A stretch of DNA of 64,000 bases from Rathayibacter sp. VKM Ac-2760 (GCF_009834185.1 NZ_CP047173.1:1391725-1455724), one strand, 5' to 3'. Shown: positions 17,029 to 27,164, counted from the stretch's first letter. The notes: generated by a model from the sequence alone, not told the origin. Translations and numbers: made by a program.

Positions 17029-18111
17029 GTGGTCGCCATCGCCCCGCTCCGAGACCGCTTCGACGGAGTCGAGAGGATCGCCGTGCTCCGCGGTGGCGGA
17101 CTCGGCGATCTGCTCTTCGCGCTGCCCGCCGTGGACGCGCTCGCCGCCGCGTACCCGGGCGCCGAGATCACCCTGCTCGGCACTCCGGCGCACCGCGTGC
17201 TGATCGAGGGCAGCGACGCGCCCGTGGCGGGCGTCGAGGTGCTGCCGGTGGCGCAGGGTGTGCGCGACGGCGACGGGGAGGACGAGCGGATCGTCGAGGA
17301 CTTCACGGCCCGGATGCGCGCCCGGCGCTTCGACCTCGCGGTGCAGCTGCACGGCGGCGGGCGCTTCTCCAACCCGTTCCTGCTACGGCTCGGCGCGCGG
17401 CACACGATCGGCACGCGCACCGACGACGCGGCGGACCTGGAGCGCACCATCCCCTACGTCTATTACCAGCACGAGATGCTGCGCGCGCTCGAGGTCGTCG
17501 GGCTCGCGGGCGCGCCGGCGGTGCGGCTGGAGCCGTCGCTGCAGGTCGACCCGGAGCGCCGCGACCGGCTCGCCGCGGTGCTGCCCGACGGCGGACCGCT
17601 GGTGCTGATCCACCCGGGGGCGACGGACGTGCGGCGGCGCTGGGCGAGCGCGTCCTTCGCCGAGGTGGCGCGGGCGCTGCTGGCGGACGGGGCGCGCGTG
17701 CTCGTGGTCGGCGACGCCTCCGACGTGCCCGCCGCCGACGCGATCGTCGCGGGCGCGCCGGGCGCCGTGTCGTGGGCCGGCGCGGTCGAGCTGCCGGACC
17801 TCGCTCCGCTGCTCTCGCTCGCCGACCTCGTGCTCGGCAACGACAGCGGACCGCGGCACCTCGCAGCGGCGGTCGGGGCGCCCACGGTCGGCGTCTTCTG
17901 GGTGGGCAACGCGATCAACGCCCAGCCCCTCGGCCGCCAGCGCCACCGCGTCCAGCTGAGCTGGACCACCCGCTGCCCGGTCTGCGGCATCGACGTCACG
18001 CAGGTCGGCTGGACCGCCCCGCGCTGCGAGCACGAGCTGTCCTTCGTCGACGACGTCCCCGTCTCCCGCGTCCTGGAGGACGCCCGAGCCGTCCTCGCCT
18101 CGACCAGCTGA
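17029..18111 (+). CDS. glycosyltransferase family 9 (heptosyltransferase-like) 1
   Basis: GTG start after GAGAGGAA; C-terminal GNDSGPRHLAAAVGAPTVGVF motif typical of GT9. Confidence 0.8.
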   Translation: MVAIAPLRDRFDGVERIAVLRGGGLGDLLFALPAVDALAAAYPGAEITLLGTPAHRVLIEGSDAPVAGVEVLPVAQGVRDGDGEDERIVEDFTARMRARRFDLAVQLHGGGRFSNPFLLRLGARHTIGTRTDDAADLERTIPYVYYQHEMLRALEVVGLAGAPAVRLEPSLQVDPERRDRLAAVLPDGGPLVLIHPGATDVRRRWASASFAEVARALLADGARVLVVGDASDVPAADAIVAGAPGAVSWAGAVELPDLAPLLSLADLVLGNDSGPRHLAAAVGAPTVGVFWVGNAINAQPLGRQRHRVQLSWTTRCPVCGIDVTQVGWTAPRCEHELSFVDDVPVSRVLEDARAVLASTS

Positions 18112-18133
18112 CGACGCCCGGGCCTTGCCCCAA

Positions 18134-18196
18134 CCGCGAGATGCCACTTATGAGCGGCGACACCGGCGTGTCGCGCTCATAAGTGGCATCTCGCGG
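18134..18196. repeat. palindromic intergenic repeat, family 1 (copy 3) between convergent genes
   Basis: CCGCGAGATGCCACTTATGAGCG...CGCTCATAAGTGGCATCTCGCGG; G->A change in left arm matched by C->T in right arm. Confidence 0.9.
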
Positions 18197-18243
18197 GAGG
18201 GGTCGGACGCGGGTGAGCGTCAGACGTCCTGGGCGTCAGCGGG

Positions 18244-18948
18244 TCACGGCCAGGAGGGCTCCTCCTCGTGGGTGATGACGAGCTCGCGGACCTCGCAACC
18301 GCGGGGCTGGCCGAGGACGAACATCACGGCGTTCGCGACGTTCTCCGGGTCGTTGAGGAGCGCGTCGGGGCCCGGCTTGTACTGGGCGTCGCGGTCGTCG
18401 AAGAAGCGGGTCTTCATGCCGGAGGGGATCAGGGTGGTGACGCCGATCTCGCCCTTGGTCTCGGCCGCGAGGGCGCGGGTGAAGCCGAGCACGCCGAATT
18501 TCGACGCGCAGTAGGCGGTCGCGTCCGAGACGGCCTTGATCGCGAGCGAGGACGCGACGGTGACGACGCGGCCGTGGGTCTCCGTCAGGAACGGCAGCGC
18601 GGCGCGGACGACAGCGGCGGTGCCGAGCAGGTTGACCGAGATCACGCGCTCCCACTCCTCCGGGTCGACGTCGACGAGGCGGCCGCAGCGGTCGATGCCG
18701 GCCGCGGTGACGACGGCGTCGAGTCCGCCGTGCTCGTGGGCGATCTCGACGACCGCCTTCTCGGCCTCGCGGGTCTTCGCGACGTCCACCTGGTAGGCGG
18801 CGACGCCCTCCTGCACGTTCGACACGTCGCGGTCGAGGACGATCGGCGTGCCGCCCGCGGCCGCGACGGCAGCGGCGACGGCGGCTCCGAGTCCGGAGGC
18901 GCCTCCGGTGATCAGGACGCGGCCGATGGGGGTGGGGGTGGTGGTCAT
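18244..18948 (-). CDS. SDR family oxidoreductase
   Basis: TGGASGLG cofactor motif, YxxxK (YCASK). Confidence 0.85.
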   Translation of the reverse strand: MTTTPTPIGRVLITGGASGLGAAVAAAVAAAGGTPIVLDRDVSNVQEGVAAYQVDVAKTREAEKAVVEIAHEHGGLDAVVTAAGIDRCGRLVDVDPEEWERVISVNLLGTAAVVRAALPFLTETHGRVVTVASSLAIKAVSDATAYCASKFGVLGFTRALAAETKGEIGVTTLIPSGMKTRFFDDRDAQYKPGPDALLNDPENVANAVMFVLGQPRGCEVRELVITHEEEPSWP

Positions 18949-19020
18949 GGGTGTCCCTTCCAGGATCCTCGGCGCCGGCGAGCGGGCGCGGTGGGTGGTG
19001 GTCGGCCGGAGCCGACGCGG

Positions 19021-20395
19021 TCAGCCGACGCGCGCGAGCGCGGCGGCGAGATGGGTGGTCGAGCGGCCCGCGTGGTACGGCACCGTCAGGACGCGGCCGC
19101 CCCACTCGGCGACCGTCGCGGTCTCGGGCAGCGATTCGGCGGAGTAGTCGCCGCCCTTGACCCAGACGTCCGGGCGGATGCGGCGCAGTGCCTCGTCCGG
19201 GGTGTCCTCGCCGAAGACGAGCACGGCGTCGACGCACTCGAGCGCGAGCAGCAGGTCGACCCGGTCGTCCTCGGGGATGATCGGCCGCGCCGGTCCCTTC
19301 AGGCGACGGACGGAGTCGTCCGAGTTGAGGCAGACGATCAGGCAGTCGCCGAGCGCCCGGGCGGCCGAGAGGGTGCGGGCGTGCCCGGCGTGCAGCAGGT
19401 CGAAGCAGCCGCCGGTCGCGACCACGGTGCCGCCGGCGCCGCGGACGGCCTCGGCGACGCGCAGCGCGTCCACCCCCGAGGCCCCGTGCAGGGCGGCGGT
19501 GTCGGCGGGCACGGCGAGGGAGGCGCGACCGCCCGCGAGCAGATAGGCACCGGCCGCGGCGACGGCCGCGCCGACCGCCTCGGACGCAGTGGCCCCGCCC
19601 GCGAGTGCGACGGCGGCGGAGGCGGCGAAGGTCGCCCGCCCCGCACGGGTCCGTCGGCGGCACGGGGGCGGCAGGATGCACGACCGGAACGCCGGCGCCG
19701 CGCGAGCGGACCAGCGCACCGCCGGAGCCCATCGTCACGGCGACCGCGCCGCAGCCCCAGCGCTCGAGCAGCGTCGTCGCGGCGGTCTCGGCGAGGGTGA
19801 CGCCGCGGCCACTCGCGCCGGAGAAGCCGGTGGCCTCGCCGAGGTTCGGCGTCGCGAGGGTCGTCCCGGCGACGGGCGCCGAGCCGCGCGGGTGCGGATC
19901 CCAGACCAGCGGCACCGAGAGCGCGTCGAGGGCGGCCCGCAGCGAGGCGTCCTCGGTCAGCCGGCGGCCGTAGTCCGCCACGACGACCGCGTCCACCTCG
20001 TCGAGCGCGGCGAGCATCTCCAGGGTCACGCTCGGCACCGGCGGTCGCTCGCAGCCGCGGTCGAAGCGGACGACGGCCTGGCCGGAGGCCGCGACCCGCG
20101 TCTTCACCGGCGTCGGAGCGCCGGACGGACCGGCGACCACCCGCACGCCGTCGAGCGCGACCAGCAGCTCGGCGGCATCCGGGTCCGCGGCGTCGGCGAG
20201 CGCCGTCACCAGCACGACGTCGTGGCCGTCGCGCGCGAGCATCCGCGCCACGAGCCCGGCGCCGCCGGCCCGGACCCCGCGGGTCGACACGTCGACCACG
20301 GGCACGGGCGCGTCGGGGCTCAGCCGCTCGGCCGGGCCGGAGAGGTCGACGTCGAGCATCACGTCGCCGACCACGGCGATCCGCAGGCGGCTCAC
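19021..20395 (-). pseudogene. hldE: second hldE copy (heptose kinase/adenylyltransferase) interrupted by an apparent 1-nt frameshift near 19630
   Basis: kinase domain in one frame up to ...DPCGAGD, continuation TFAASAAVALAGG... and full adenylyltransferase domain (GGCFDLLHAGH...RRLKG) in another frame; GTGA overlap with gmhA stop. Confidence 0.6.
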
Positions 20396-21024
20396 GCGGC
20401 CGCCCCCGTCCGCACGCGGATCCGGTGCTCGAACGCCCGGCAGAGCGCGTGCACCAGCACGAGCTGCGCCTCCTGCACGTTCGAGCCGTGGCCCTCGAGA
20501 GCGATCGACTCGTCGCAGGCCTCGGTCAGCGGGTTCGGCCCGTCGCCGGTCAGCGCCCAGGAGCGGGCTCCGGCTGCGCGCGCCGCCTCGGCCGCGTGCA
20601 GCAGGTTGGCGCTGCGGCCGCTGGTCGAGAGCAGCACGACGACGTCGCCGGCGCGGGCGTGCGCGGTGACCTGGCGGGAGAACACGTGGTCGAAGCCGTA
20701 GTCGTTGCCGATGGCGGTGAGGCTGGAGGTCTCGGAGTGCAGCGAGATCGCCGAGAACGGCACGCGGTCGCCGTCGAAGCGGCCGACCAGCTCGGCAGTG
20801 AGGTGCTGCGCCTCCGCCGCCGAGCCGCCGTTGCCGGCCGCGAGCAGCCGCGCGCCGGAGTGCAGCCGGTCGGCCAGCTCGACGCCCCAGGCGACGATCC
20901 GGTCGGAGTGCCGCTCCAGCTGCGCGACGACGTCGAGCGCGCGGGCGATGTGGTCGTCGACGAGGCGCCGGGCGGCGTCCGTCGGGGTGTCGGTCGGGGT
21001 GTCCAGAACGGTGTCGATGCTCAT
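20392..21024 (-). CDS. gmhA: D-sedoheptulose 7-phosphate isomerase (SIS domain)
   Basis: 210-aa SIS protein ([27 protein letters not shown]). Confidence 0.85.
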   Translation of the reverse strand: MSIDTVLDTPTDTPTDAARRLVDDHIARALDVVAQLERHSDRIVAWGVELADRLHSGARLLAAGNGGSAAEAQHLTAELVGRFDGDRVPFSAISLHSETSSLTAIGNDYGFDHVFSRQVTAHARAGDVVVLLSTSGRSANLLHAAEAARAAGARSWALTGDGPNPLTEACDESIALEGHGSNVQEAQLVLVHALCRAFEHRIRVRTGAAA

Positions 21025-22337
21025 CTGCGCGGGGCCGCCTTCCGGGGGGTGGAGGAGAGGGGAGTGCGGGCGGTGCCGCTCATGGCGGCCTCGCCGTCGC
21101 CGAGTCCGGCGAGGGTGGTCAGGTAGGCGCGCTCCGTGTCCGCGGCGACGCGGTCCCAGGAGTAGCGCGCCTCGACGCGGGCGCGGCCGGCGGCCCCGTA
21201 GGCACGGGCGCGCTCGGGGTCGGCGATCAGCGCGGCGAGCGCCTCGGCGAGGGCCTCGGGGTCGCGCGGCGGCACGTGCACGCCGGTGACGTCCTCGACG
21301 ACCGTGTCGATCAGCCCGCCGACCGAGGAGGCGACCACCGGCACGCCGCAGGCCATCGCCTCCAGCGGGGTGATGCCGAACGGCTCGTACCAGGGCGCGC
21401 AGATCACGATGTCCGCCGATCGGAGCATCGCCGGCATCTCGGTCTGCGAGAGCTGGCCGGCGAAGTCGACGCGATCGGCGACGCCGAGGCCCTCGGCGAC
21501 GCTGTGCAGGCGCTGATACTCCGGGTCGGCGGCGAGCGCGTCGCCCGAGCCGGAGCCGCCGACGATCACCAGCTCGGCGTCGCAGCCGTCGGCGACCAGG
21601 CGGGCGAGCGCCTCGATGGCGTGGCCCATGCCCTTGCGCGGCACGAGGCGGCCGATGCTCATCAGGCGCACCCGCCCGGAGCGCTCGGCGACGGGTCCGT
21701 CGGGCGTGAACCGCTCGAGGTCGACCCCGCAGGGCACCACCGAGATGCTCGCGGTCGGCACGCCCAGGCCCTTGAGCTCGAAGGCCTCGTCGGAGCAGGT
21801 GGCGACGACGCCGTCCGCCCGCTGGCCGACGCCGGGCTCGAGCCAGGCGCGCTCCTCGGGGCTGGTGTCGAGCGCGCCCTGCTGGCGGCGCTTCACCACG
21901 CCGAGCGCGTGGAAGGTGTGGAAGACGGGCACGCGGCGCCCGGTGGCGCGCTCGACCCGCTCGGAGGCGTCGAGGGCGGCGACCCCGGACATCCAGAAGT
22001 GGCTGTGCACCAGGTCGGGGCGGGAGTCGAGCCAGTCGTTCGCGAGATCGACGGCGAAGTCGCCCATGAACGGCAGCAGCTCGTCCTTCGAGACCTTGGC
22101 GGCCGGCCCGGCGTCGATGTGCACGACCTCGACGCCGGAGGTGAAGGGCACGCGCCGGGGGAGGGACGCGTCGTCGCGCCGGGTGTAGACGGTGACGCGG
22201 TGGCCGCGGCGCGCGAGCGCGTCGGCGAGCGCGGCGACGTGCACGTTCTGGCCGCCGGCGTCGACGCCGCCGAGCGTCGCCAGCGGGCTGGCGTGCTCGG
22301 AGACCATCGCGATCGAGAGGGGTCGGGTCGAGGTCAC
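21021..22337 (-). CDS. GT4 glycosyltransferase (MshA-like)
   Basis: N-terminal GG motif (GGQNVHV), C-terminal [20 protein letters not shown]. Confidence 0.85.
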   Translation of the reverse strand: MTSTRPLSIAMVSEHASPLATLGGVDAGGQNVHVAALADALARRGHRVTVYTRRDDASLPRRVPFTSGVEVVHIDAGPAAKVSKDELLPFMGDFAVDLANDWLDSRPDLVHSHFWMSGVAALDASERVERATGRRVPVFHTFHALGVVKRRQQGALDTSPEERAWLEPGVGQRADGVVATCSDEAFELKGLGVPTASISVVPCGVDLERFTPDGPVAERSGRVRLMSIGRLVPRKGMGHAIEALARLVADGCDAELVIVGGSGSGDALAADPEYQRLHSVAEGLGVADRVDFAGQLSQTEMPAMLRSADIVICAPWYEPFGITPLEAMACGVPVVASSVGGLIDTVVEDVTGVHVPPRDPEALAEALAALIADPERARAYGAAGRARVEARYSWDRVAADTERAYLTTLAGLGDGEAAMSGTARTPLSSTPRKAAPRR

Positions 22338-23341
22338 AGGGTGCTCCCTTCGCGGGTTCCGGCGGTGGACAGGGTGCGCGGGGCGGCGGCGAGGTCGCCG
22401 AGCACCCCGTCCCAGTCGCGGTGGAACCGGCCGAGGCTGTAGCGCGCGAGCGCGGCCTCACGGGCGACCGCGCCGGCGATCGCGGCCCGCTCCGGATCCT
22501 CGATCAGCGCGCGGGCCGCGGCGGCGAGTGCGTCCAGGTCGTTCGAGATCGCGCCGGCCTCGGGCGGCACGGCGCGGCCGGCCTCGGTCGTCTCGAGCGC
22601 GACGACCGGCATCCCCAGGTGCATCGCCTCGAGCAGCGCGAGCCCGAGCGAGGTCCAGCGGAACGGGTGCAGGTAGACGCGGCGGCGGGCGAGCTCGGCG
22701 TGCATCGCGCCGGTCTTCACATCGCCGAGCACCTCGAGCCGGTCGGCGGGCAGCCCGGGCGTGCCGACGAGCCCCTCGGTCTTCATCCCGAAGACGTCGA
22801 GCGGCGCGACCGCGGCGAAGCGCGGCAGCAGATCGGTGCCGGTCACCCGCTGACGGCGCACCGGCTCGTTGATGACGACGCCGAAGCGCGCCAGCTCGCC
22901 GGTGTAGAGCGGTCCGGGGTCGTTGATCCCGTGCTCGATCACCGTGGTGCGCGTCGATCCGGTATCCCACATCAGCGCGTTGAAGTGCGTCACGTGCACG
23001 AGCAGGAGGTCGTCGCGGTCGGCGAGCGGGTGGCGGTTGTCGGGCACGTCGCCGCGGGGCGTGTTGTGCTCGACGTAGACCGCGGGGATCTCGCGGCCGA
23101 GCCGCCGGCCGAGCAGCCGCTCCGCCTCGGCGAGCTCGTCCGGACGCTGGAGGAGGACGACGTCGACGTCGGCGTCGCGCAGCTCCTCCGGGGCGATCTC
23201 GATCGTGTTCGGCCAGTCGCGGCCGCCGGTGCCGAGGCCCCAGCCGTCGCGGGCCGGAGTGGTGGGGAGCAGGTACTCGTGGTCGCCGCGGACGAACGCG
23301 TCCGCCCAGCCGCCGTGCACGTGCCAGAGCAGGATCCTCAT
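22334..23341 (-). CDS. glycosyltransferase group-1-like protein
   Basis: C-terminal GT-B E..E region ([17 protein letters not shown]); overlaps neighbours by 4 nt. Confidence 0.65.
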   Translation of the reverse strand: MRILLWHVHGGWADAFVRGDHEYLLPTTPARDGWGLGTGGRDWPNTIEIAPEELRDADVDVVLLQRPDELAEAERLLGRRLGREIPAVYVEHNTPRGDVPDNRHPLADRDDLLLVHVTHFNALMWDTGSTRTTVIEHGINDPGPLYTGELARFGVVINEPVRRQRVTGTDLLPRFAAVAPLDVFGMKTEGLVGTPGLPADRLEVLGDVKTGAMHAELARRRVYLHPFRWTSLGLALLEAMHLGMPVVALETTEAGRAVPPEAGAISNDLDALAAAARALIEDPERAAIAGAVAREAALARYSLGRFHRDWDGVLGDLAAAPRTLSTAGTREGSTL

Positions 23342-24420
23342 GCGAGTGCCTCCGAGGGTGTGGTGGTGGGGGTCGTCGTGGCTGTCGTCGTGGCGCGGCG
23401 CGGGAGCGCGCGGAGCCGGTGCGCGGCGGCCACCGCCTCCTCGGCGCTCACCCCCGCGAGGCAGGGGTGACCGGGCACCGGGCAGACCCGCGCGCGCGAG
23501 CCGGCGCAGGCCGCGCCCTGATCGCCGAGCAGCTCGACCGGCACGCCGTAGGGCGCCCAGCGGATCGCCGGGACGACCGGTGCGAACAGGCTGACGACCG
23601 GGGTGCCGACGGCCGCCGCGAGGTGGGCCGGGCCGGTGTTGCCGCTGATCACGACCTCGGCGCGCGCGAGCACCTCGGCCGCGCCGGCGAAGTCGGTGGC
23701 GCCGCCGAGGTCGATGCCGCGGCTGCCCGCGACCTGCGCGGTGAGCACTCGCTCGCCGGGCCCGCCGGTGACGGCGACCGCGACTCCGGAGTCGGCGAGC
23801 AGCTCCACGGCACGCGCCGCGTTCTCGGCCGGCCAGGCCCGCGCGGGAACGGCGGCACCGGGGTGCACGACCACGTACGGGCCGACCCCCTCGAGCGCGG
23901 CGGGCAGCACGCCCTCGCGGCGCACCCGCAGCAGCCCGTCGTCGCCCTTCGGCAGCGCGAAGCCCGCGGCCGCCGCGATCGCGAGGGCGCGCTCCGGCTC
24001 GGGCTGGTCCTCGTCGAGGGTCTCGCCGGGCACCAGCCGCACGTCGAGCAGGGCACCGGCGAAGTCGACCGAGGCGCCCGAGATCCGGGCGACACCGGCC
24101 AGGCGCAGCAGCAGCGCGAGCGGCAGCGGCGACTGGTGGAAGGAGGTGAGGATCACGGCCTCGTCCGGAGCGAACTCCTCGACGATCGCGCGCAGCTCCG
24201 CCACCAGGGCGGCGTCCACCGGCCGCGAGGCGTCGCCGATCCACGGGCAGGACCAGGTGCGCACCGACGTCGGCCCCGGCAGCAGCGCCGCGGCGGGCGC
24301 CCCCTGCGGCCCGGCGAGCAGCAGCACCTCGGCATCCGCGGCGATCGCCCGCACGGCCGGCCCGCAGAGCAGCACGTCGCCCGCGCTGTCCAGCCGGGCG
24401 ACCAGCACCCGCCGGGTCAC
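23338..24420 (-). CDS. glycosyltransferase family 9 (heptosyltransferase-like) 2
   Basis: GTG start overlapping gmhB stop; GNTGPAHLAAAVGTPVVSLF motif. Confidence 0.8.
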   Translation of the reverse strand: MTRRVLVARLDSAGDVLLCGPAVRAIAADAEVLLLAGPQGAPAAALLPGPTSVRTWSCPWIGDASRPVDAALVAELRAIVEEFAPDEAVILTSFHQSPLPLALLLRLAGVARISGASVDFAGALLDVRLVPGETLDEDQPEPERALAIAAAAGFALPKGDDGLLRVRREGVLPAALEGVGPYVVVHPGAAVPARAWPAENAARAVELLADSGVAVAVTGGPGERVLTAQVAGSRGIDLGGATDFAGAAEVLARAEVVISGNTGPAHLAAAVGTPVVSLFAPVVPAIRWAPYGVPVELLGDQGAACAGSRARVCPVPGHPCLAGVSAEEAVAAAHRLRALPRRATTTATTTPTTTPSEALA

Positions 24421-25061
24421 GCCTCGTCCTCGTCGGGCTGCATCGCGAGCAGCAGCTCCACGGCCTCGAGGAGCGTCGCCGCGCGCAGCGGTGCGGCGGT
24501 CACCTCCTCCGTGCGGGTGATCGGGGTCGGCACGAGGACGCCTCGCGCGCCGGCGGCGGCCGCGGCCCCCACATCGGCGCCGATGTCGCCGATCACAGCG
24601 AGCGACTCGGCGGGCAGATCCAGAGCCCGGGCCGCCTGGAGCACCATGCCCGGAGCGGGCTTGCGGCAGGCGCAGCCGTCCTCCTGCCCGTGCGGGCACA
24701 GCTGCCAGGTGTCGAAGCCGCCGAAGAGCTCGTCCACGCGGCGGTTCACCGCGTCGGCCTGCTCGCGGTCGATGATGCCGCGGGCGATGCCGGACTGGTT
24801 GGTGACGACGCCGACGGCGAGCCCCGACTGGCGGGCCCGGTCCACCGCGTCGAGGGCGGTCGGCATCGGCTCGACCCGCGCCGGGTCGCCGTTGTAGGGC
24901 ACGTCGACGACGAGCGTGGCGTCGCGGTCGAAGAGGATGCCGCGCAGCCGCGGCGCGCCCGCGACGGACGCGACGGGCGCGTCCTCGGCGGTGCGGTGCG
25001 CGGAGCCCTGCTGGATCGAGTCGTTCACCTTCTCCTCGTACCCCCCTCGTCCGGGTTCCAA
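24417..25061 (-). CDS. gmhB: D-glycero-beta-D-manno-heptose 1,7-bisphosphate 7-phosphatase (HAD family); start may be an internal GTG
   Basis: ILFDRDATL (DxDxT), VVTNQSG, Zn site CPHGQEDGCACRKP, GD(x)4D. Confidence 0.8.
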   Translation of the reverse strand: MEPGRGGYEEKVNDSIQQGSAHRTAEDAPVASVAGAPRLRGILFDRDATLVVDVPYNGDPARVEPMPTALDAVDRARQSGLAVGVVTNQSGIARGIIDREQADAVNRRVDELFGGFDTWQLCPHGQEDGCACRKPAPGMVLQAARALDLPAESLAVIGDIGADVGAAAAAGARGVLVPTPITRTEEVTAAPLRAATLLEAVELLLAMQPDEDEA

Positions 25062-25116
25062 ACGCGGGGGAGGAGAAGTCGTCCGCTCGGGCGCGTCGGT
25101 CGCCGTCCGCGTCTGC

Positions 25117-25206
25117 GCGGGTCCGGGGTCTCCGCGGGTCCGGGGATCCGCGCGCCTGAGGATCCCGCGTCCGAGGATCCCGCGTCTGAGGATCCCGCGT
25201 CTGAGC
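25117..25206. promoter_or_regulatory. tandem short repeats containing GGATCC in the divergent gmhB / GT9 promoter region
   Basis: GCGGGTCCGGGG x2 followed by (T/C)GAGGATCCCGCGTC x3 directly upstream of both divergent gene starts. Confidence 0.5.
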
Positions 25207-25249
25207 CGCTCGGAGCGGGGTACGGGACCTCCGACAGGAAGGAGGCGCC

Positions 25250-26272
25250 GTGCGCGCTCTCACCGCCCCCGACGGCACCCCGGAGATCCTCGCCCTGCGA
25301 GCCCTCAAGCTCGGCGACCTCCTCGTGGCCGTCCCCGCGCTCAAGGCCCTGCGCCGCGGGTTCCCCGAGCACCGGCTGATCCTCGCGACCACGCCCTGGC
25401 TCGAGCCGATCGTCGACCTCGTCGACGGCCTCGACGCGCTCGTCCCGACCCTCCGCGGTCTCGACGACCCGCTGCCGGTCGATCCGGGCCGGATCGAGCT
25501 GGCCGTCAACCTGCACGGCAACGGCCCGGAGTCGCGCGACGCCCTGATCGCGCTGGAGCCGCAGCGCCGGCTCGATTTCCGCGTCCCCGCCCTCGACCCG
25601 GATGCGAGCCACGACGACCCGCGCCCGCTCTGGATCGACGGGGAGCTCGAGCGCGCCCGCTGGGCCCGCCTGGTCAACTCCATCGGCCTCGACGCCGACC
25701 CGGAGGACGTGGCCATCGCCGTCCCGGACGCGCCGGCTCCGGTCGCCGGCGCCGCGATCGTGCACATCGGCGCCTTCTACGGCTCGCGCGAGTGGCCGGA
25801 GGAGCGCTTCGCCGCCGTCGCCCGCTCGCTCGCCGCCGAGGGCCACCGCGTCGTCTACACCGGGGGTGCGAACGAGGCCGACCGCGCCCGCCGCGTCGCC
25901 GAGCTGGCCGGCACCGGCGAGGTGCTCGCCGGCACGATCGACCTGACCGGGTTCGCGGCGGTCGTCGCAGCCTCCGAGGTCCTCGTCACCGTCGACACCG
26001 GAGCCGCGCACCTCGCCTCGGCCTACGGCATCCCGTCGGTGGTGATCTTCGGACCGGCGCCGCCCGAGGCCTGGGGCCCGCCGGTGAGCGGACCGCACGT
26101 CGTGCTGACCGACGCGTCGCTCCGCCGCGGCGACGTCTTCTCCTCCGAGCCGGACCCCGCGCTGCTCGCGGTGCAGACCGAGCACGTGCTCGACGCGCTC
26201 GCCGCTCTGCCCTCGCGCGCCGAGGCGCACCTCAGGCGGTCCGCAGCCGCGCTGCCGGGCGGACGGGCGTGA
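25250..26272 (+). CDS. glycosyltransferase family 9 (heptosyltransferase-like) 3
   Basis: GTG start after GGAAGGAGG; VDTGAAHLASAYGIPSVVIFGP motif. Confidence 0.8.
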   Translation: MRALTAPDGTPEILALRALKLGDLLVAVPALKALRRGFPEHRLILATTPWLEPIVDLVDGLDALVPTLRGLDDPLPVDPGRIELAVNLHGNGPESRDALIALEPQRRLDFRVPALDPDASHDDPRPLWIDGELERARWARLVNSIGLDADPEDVAIAVPDAPAPVAGAAIVHIGAFYGSREWPEERFAAVARSLAAEGHRVVYTGGANEADRARRVAELAGTGEVLAGTIDLTGFAAVVAASEVLVTVDTGAAHLASAYGIPSVVIFGPAPPEAWGPPVSGPHVVLTDASLRRGDVFSSEPDPALLAVQTEHVLDALAALPSRAEAHLRRSAAALPGGRA

Positions 26273-27164
26273 CGGTCGCGACCCGCGCGCGGGCCGCCCT
26301 GGGCTGATGGCTGCGCGAGGGGGCGCCGAGGCGGTCGGCGAGCTGCGCGAGGATCCGGCGCTGCAGCCGCGAGACCTGCATCTGCGTGGTCCCGAGCGCG
26401 TCGGCGATCTGCTGCTGCGTCATCTCCTCGACGAAGCGCATCCGGAGCAGCTCGCGCTGGCCGGCCTCCAGCTCCGCGAGCGCCTCGGCCAGACCGTGCC
26501 GGCGGTCGATCGCGGCGAGGTCCGCGTCGTCTCCGCCGAGCGTCTCGCCCAGGCGGACGCCGGTCTCGCCGACCGACTCGTCGAGCGAGAGCGGGTGCCC
26601 CGCCGAGCGCGCGTCCGCGACCTCGGCCGGGTCGACGCCGAGCCGCCGCGCGATCTCGCGATCGGACGGATGACGGCCGAGCTCCTGCGCCAGCTCGTCG
26701 GCGACGACCGCCGAGCGCCGGTGCAGCTCCTGCACCCCGCGGGGCGGCCGGATCATCCAGCCCAGATCGCGGAGATGGCGCTTCAGCTCACCCGTGATCG
26801 TGGGCACCGCGAACGCGGCGAAGCTGTCGCCGCGCTCCGGGCTGAACCGCCGGGCCGCCTTCACGAGACCGACGTAGGCGACCTGCCGGAGATCCGCGCG
26901 ATCGCCGCCGCCGCGGGAGACCCGGTTCGCCATCGCCTCGGCCAGGCCGAGGTGGTCGAGCACGATGCGCTCGCGGATCCGCGCGCCCTCGGCGTCGTCG
27001 GCGCCGGCCGCCGCCTGGAACAGCGAGAGCGTGCGCGCGTCCTTCTCCTCGCGCGGCGATCCGGCCGCCGGGGGGAGCGCGGGCGGCACGGAGGCGGGCG
27101 GCACAGGGGCGGGCGGCACGGGGGCGGGGAGTGCAGTGGCGGTGGCGAGAACGACCGTGCTCAT
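26232..27164 (-). CDS. RNA polymerase sigma factor, SigB/SigF/SigG-type (group 3) with Pro-rich N-terminus
   Basis: region 2 (YVGLVKAARRFSPERGDSFAAFAVPTITGELKRHLRD) and region 4 HTH (QQQIADALGTTQMQVSRLQRR). Confidence 0.8.
   Translation of the reverse strand: MSTVVLATATALPAPVPPAPVPPASVPPALPPAAGSPREEKDARTLSLFQAAAGADDAEGARIRERIVLDHLGLAEAMANRVSRGGGDRADLRQVAYVGLVKAARRFSPERGDSFAAFAVPTITGELKRHLRDLGWMIRPPRGVQELHRRSAVVADELAQELGRHPSDREIARRLGVDPAEVADARSAGHPLSLDESVGETGVRLGETLGGDDADLAAIDRRHGLAEALAELEAGQRELLRMRFVEEMTQQQIADALGTTQMQVSRLQRRILAQLADRLGAPSRSHQPRAARARVATVTPVRPAARLRTA

Noticed and set aside
19600-19660. Programmed ribosomal frameshift in hldE2 (and similarly in ALDH at 52470 and ada-alkA at 58940)
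   Set aside because: No slippery heptamer or downstream pseudoknot context is evident. Three independent frameshifts in unrelated housekeeping-type genes are far better explained by assembly indel errors or pseudogenisation.
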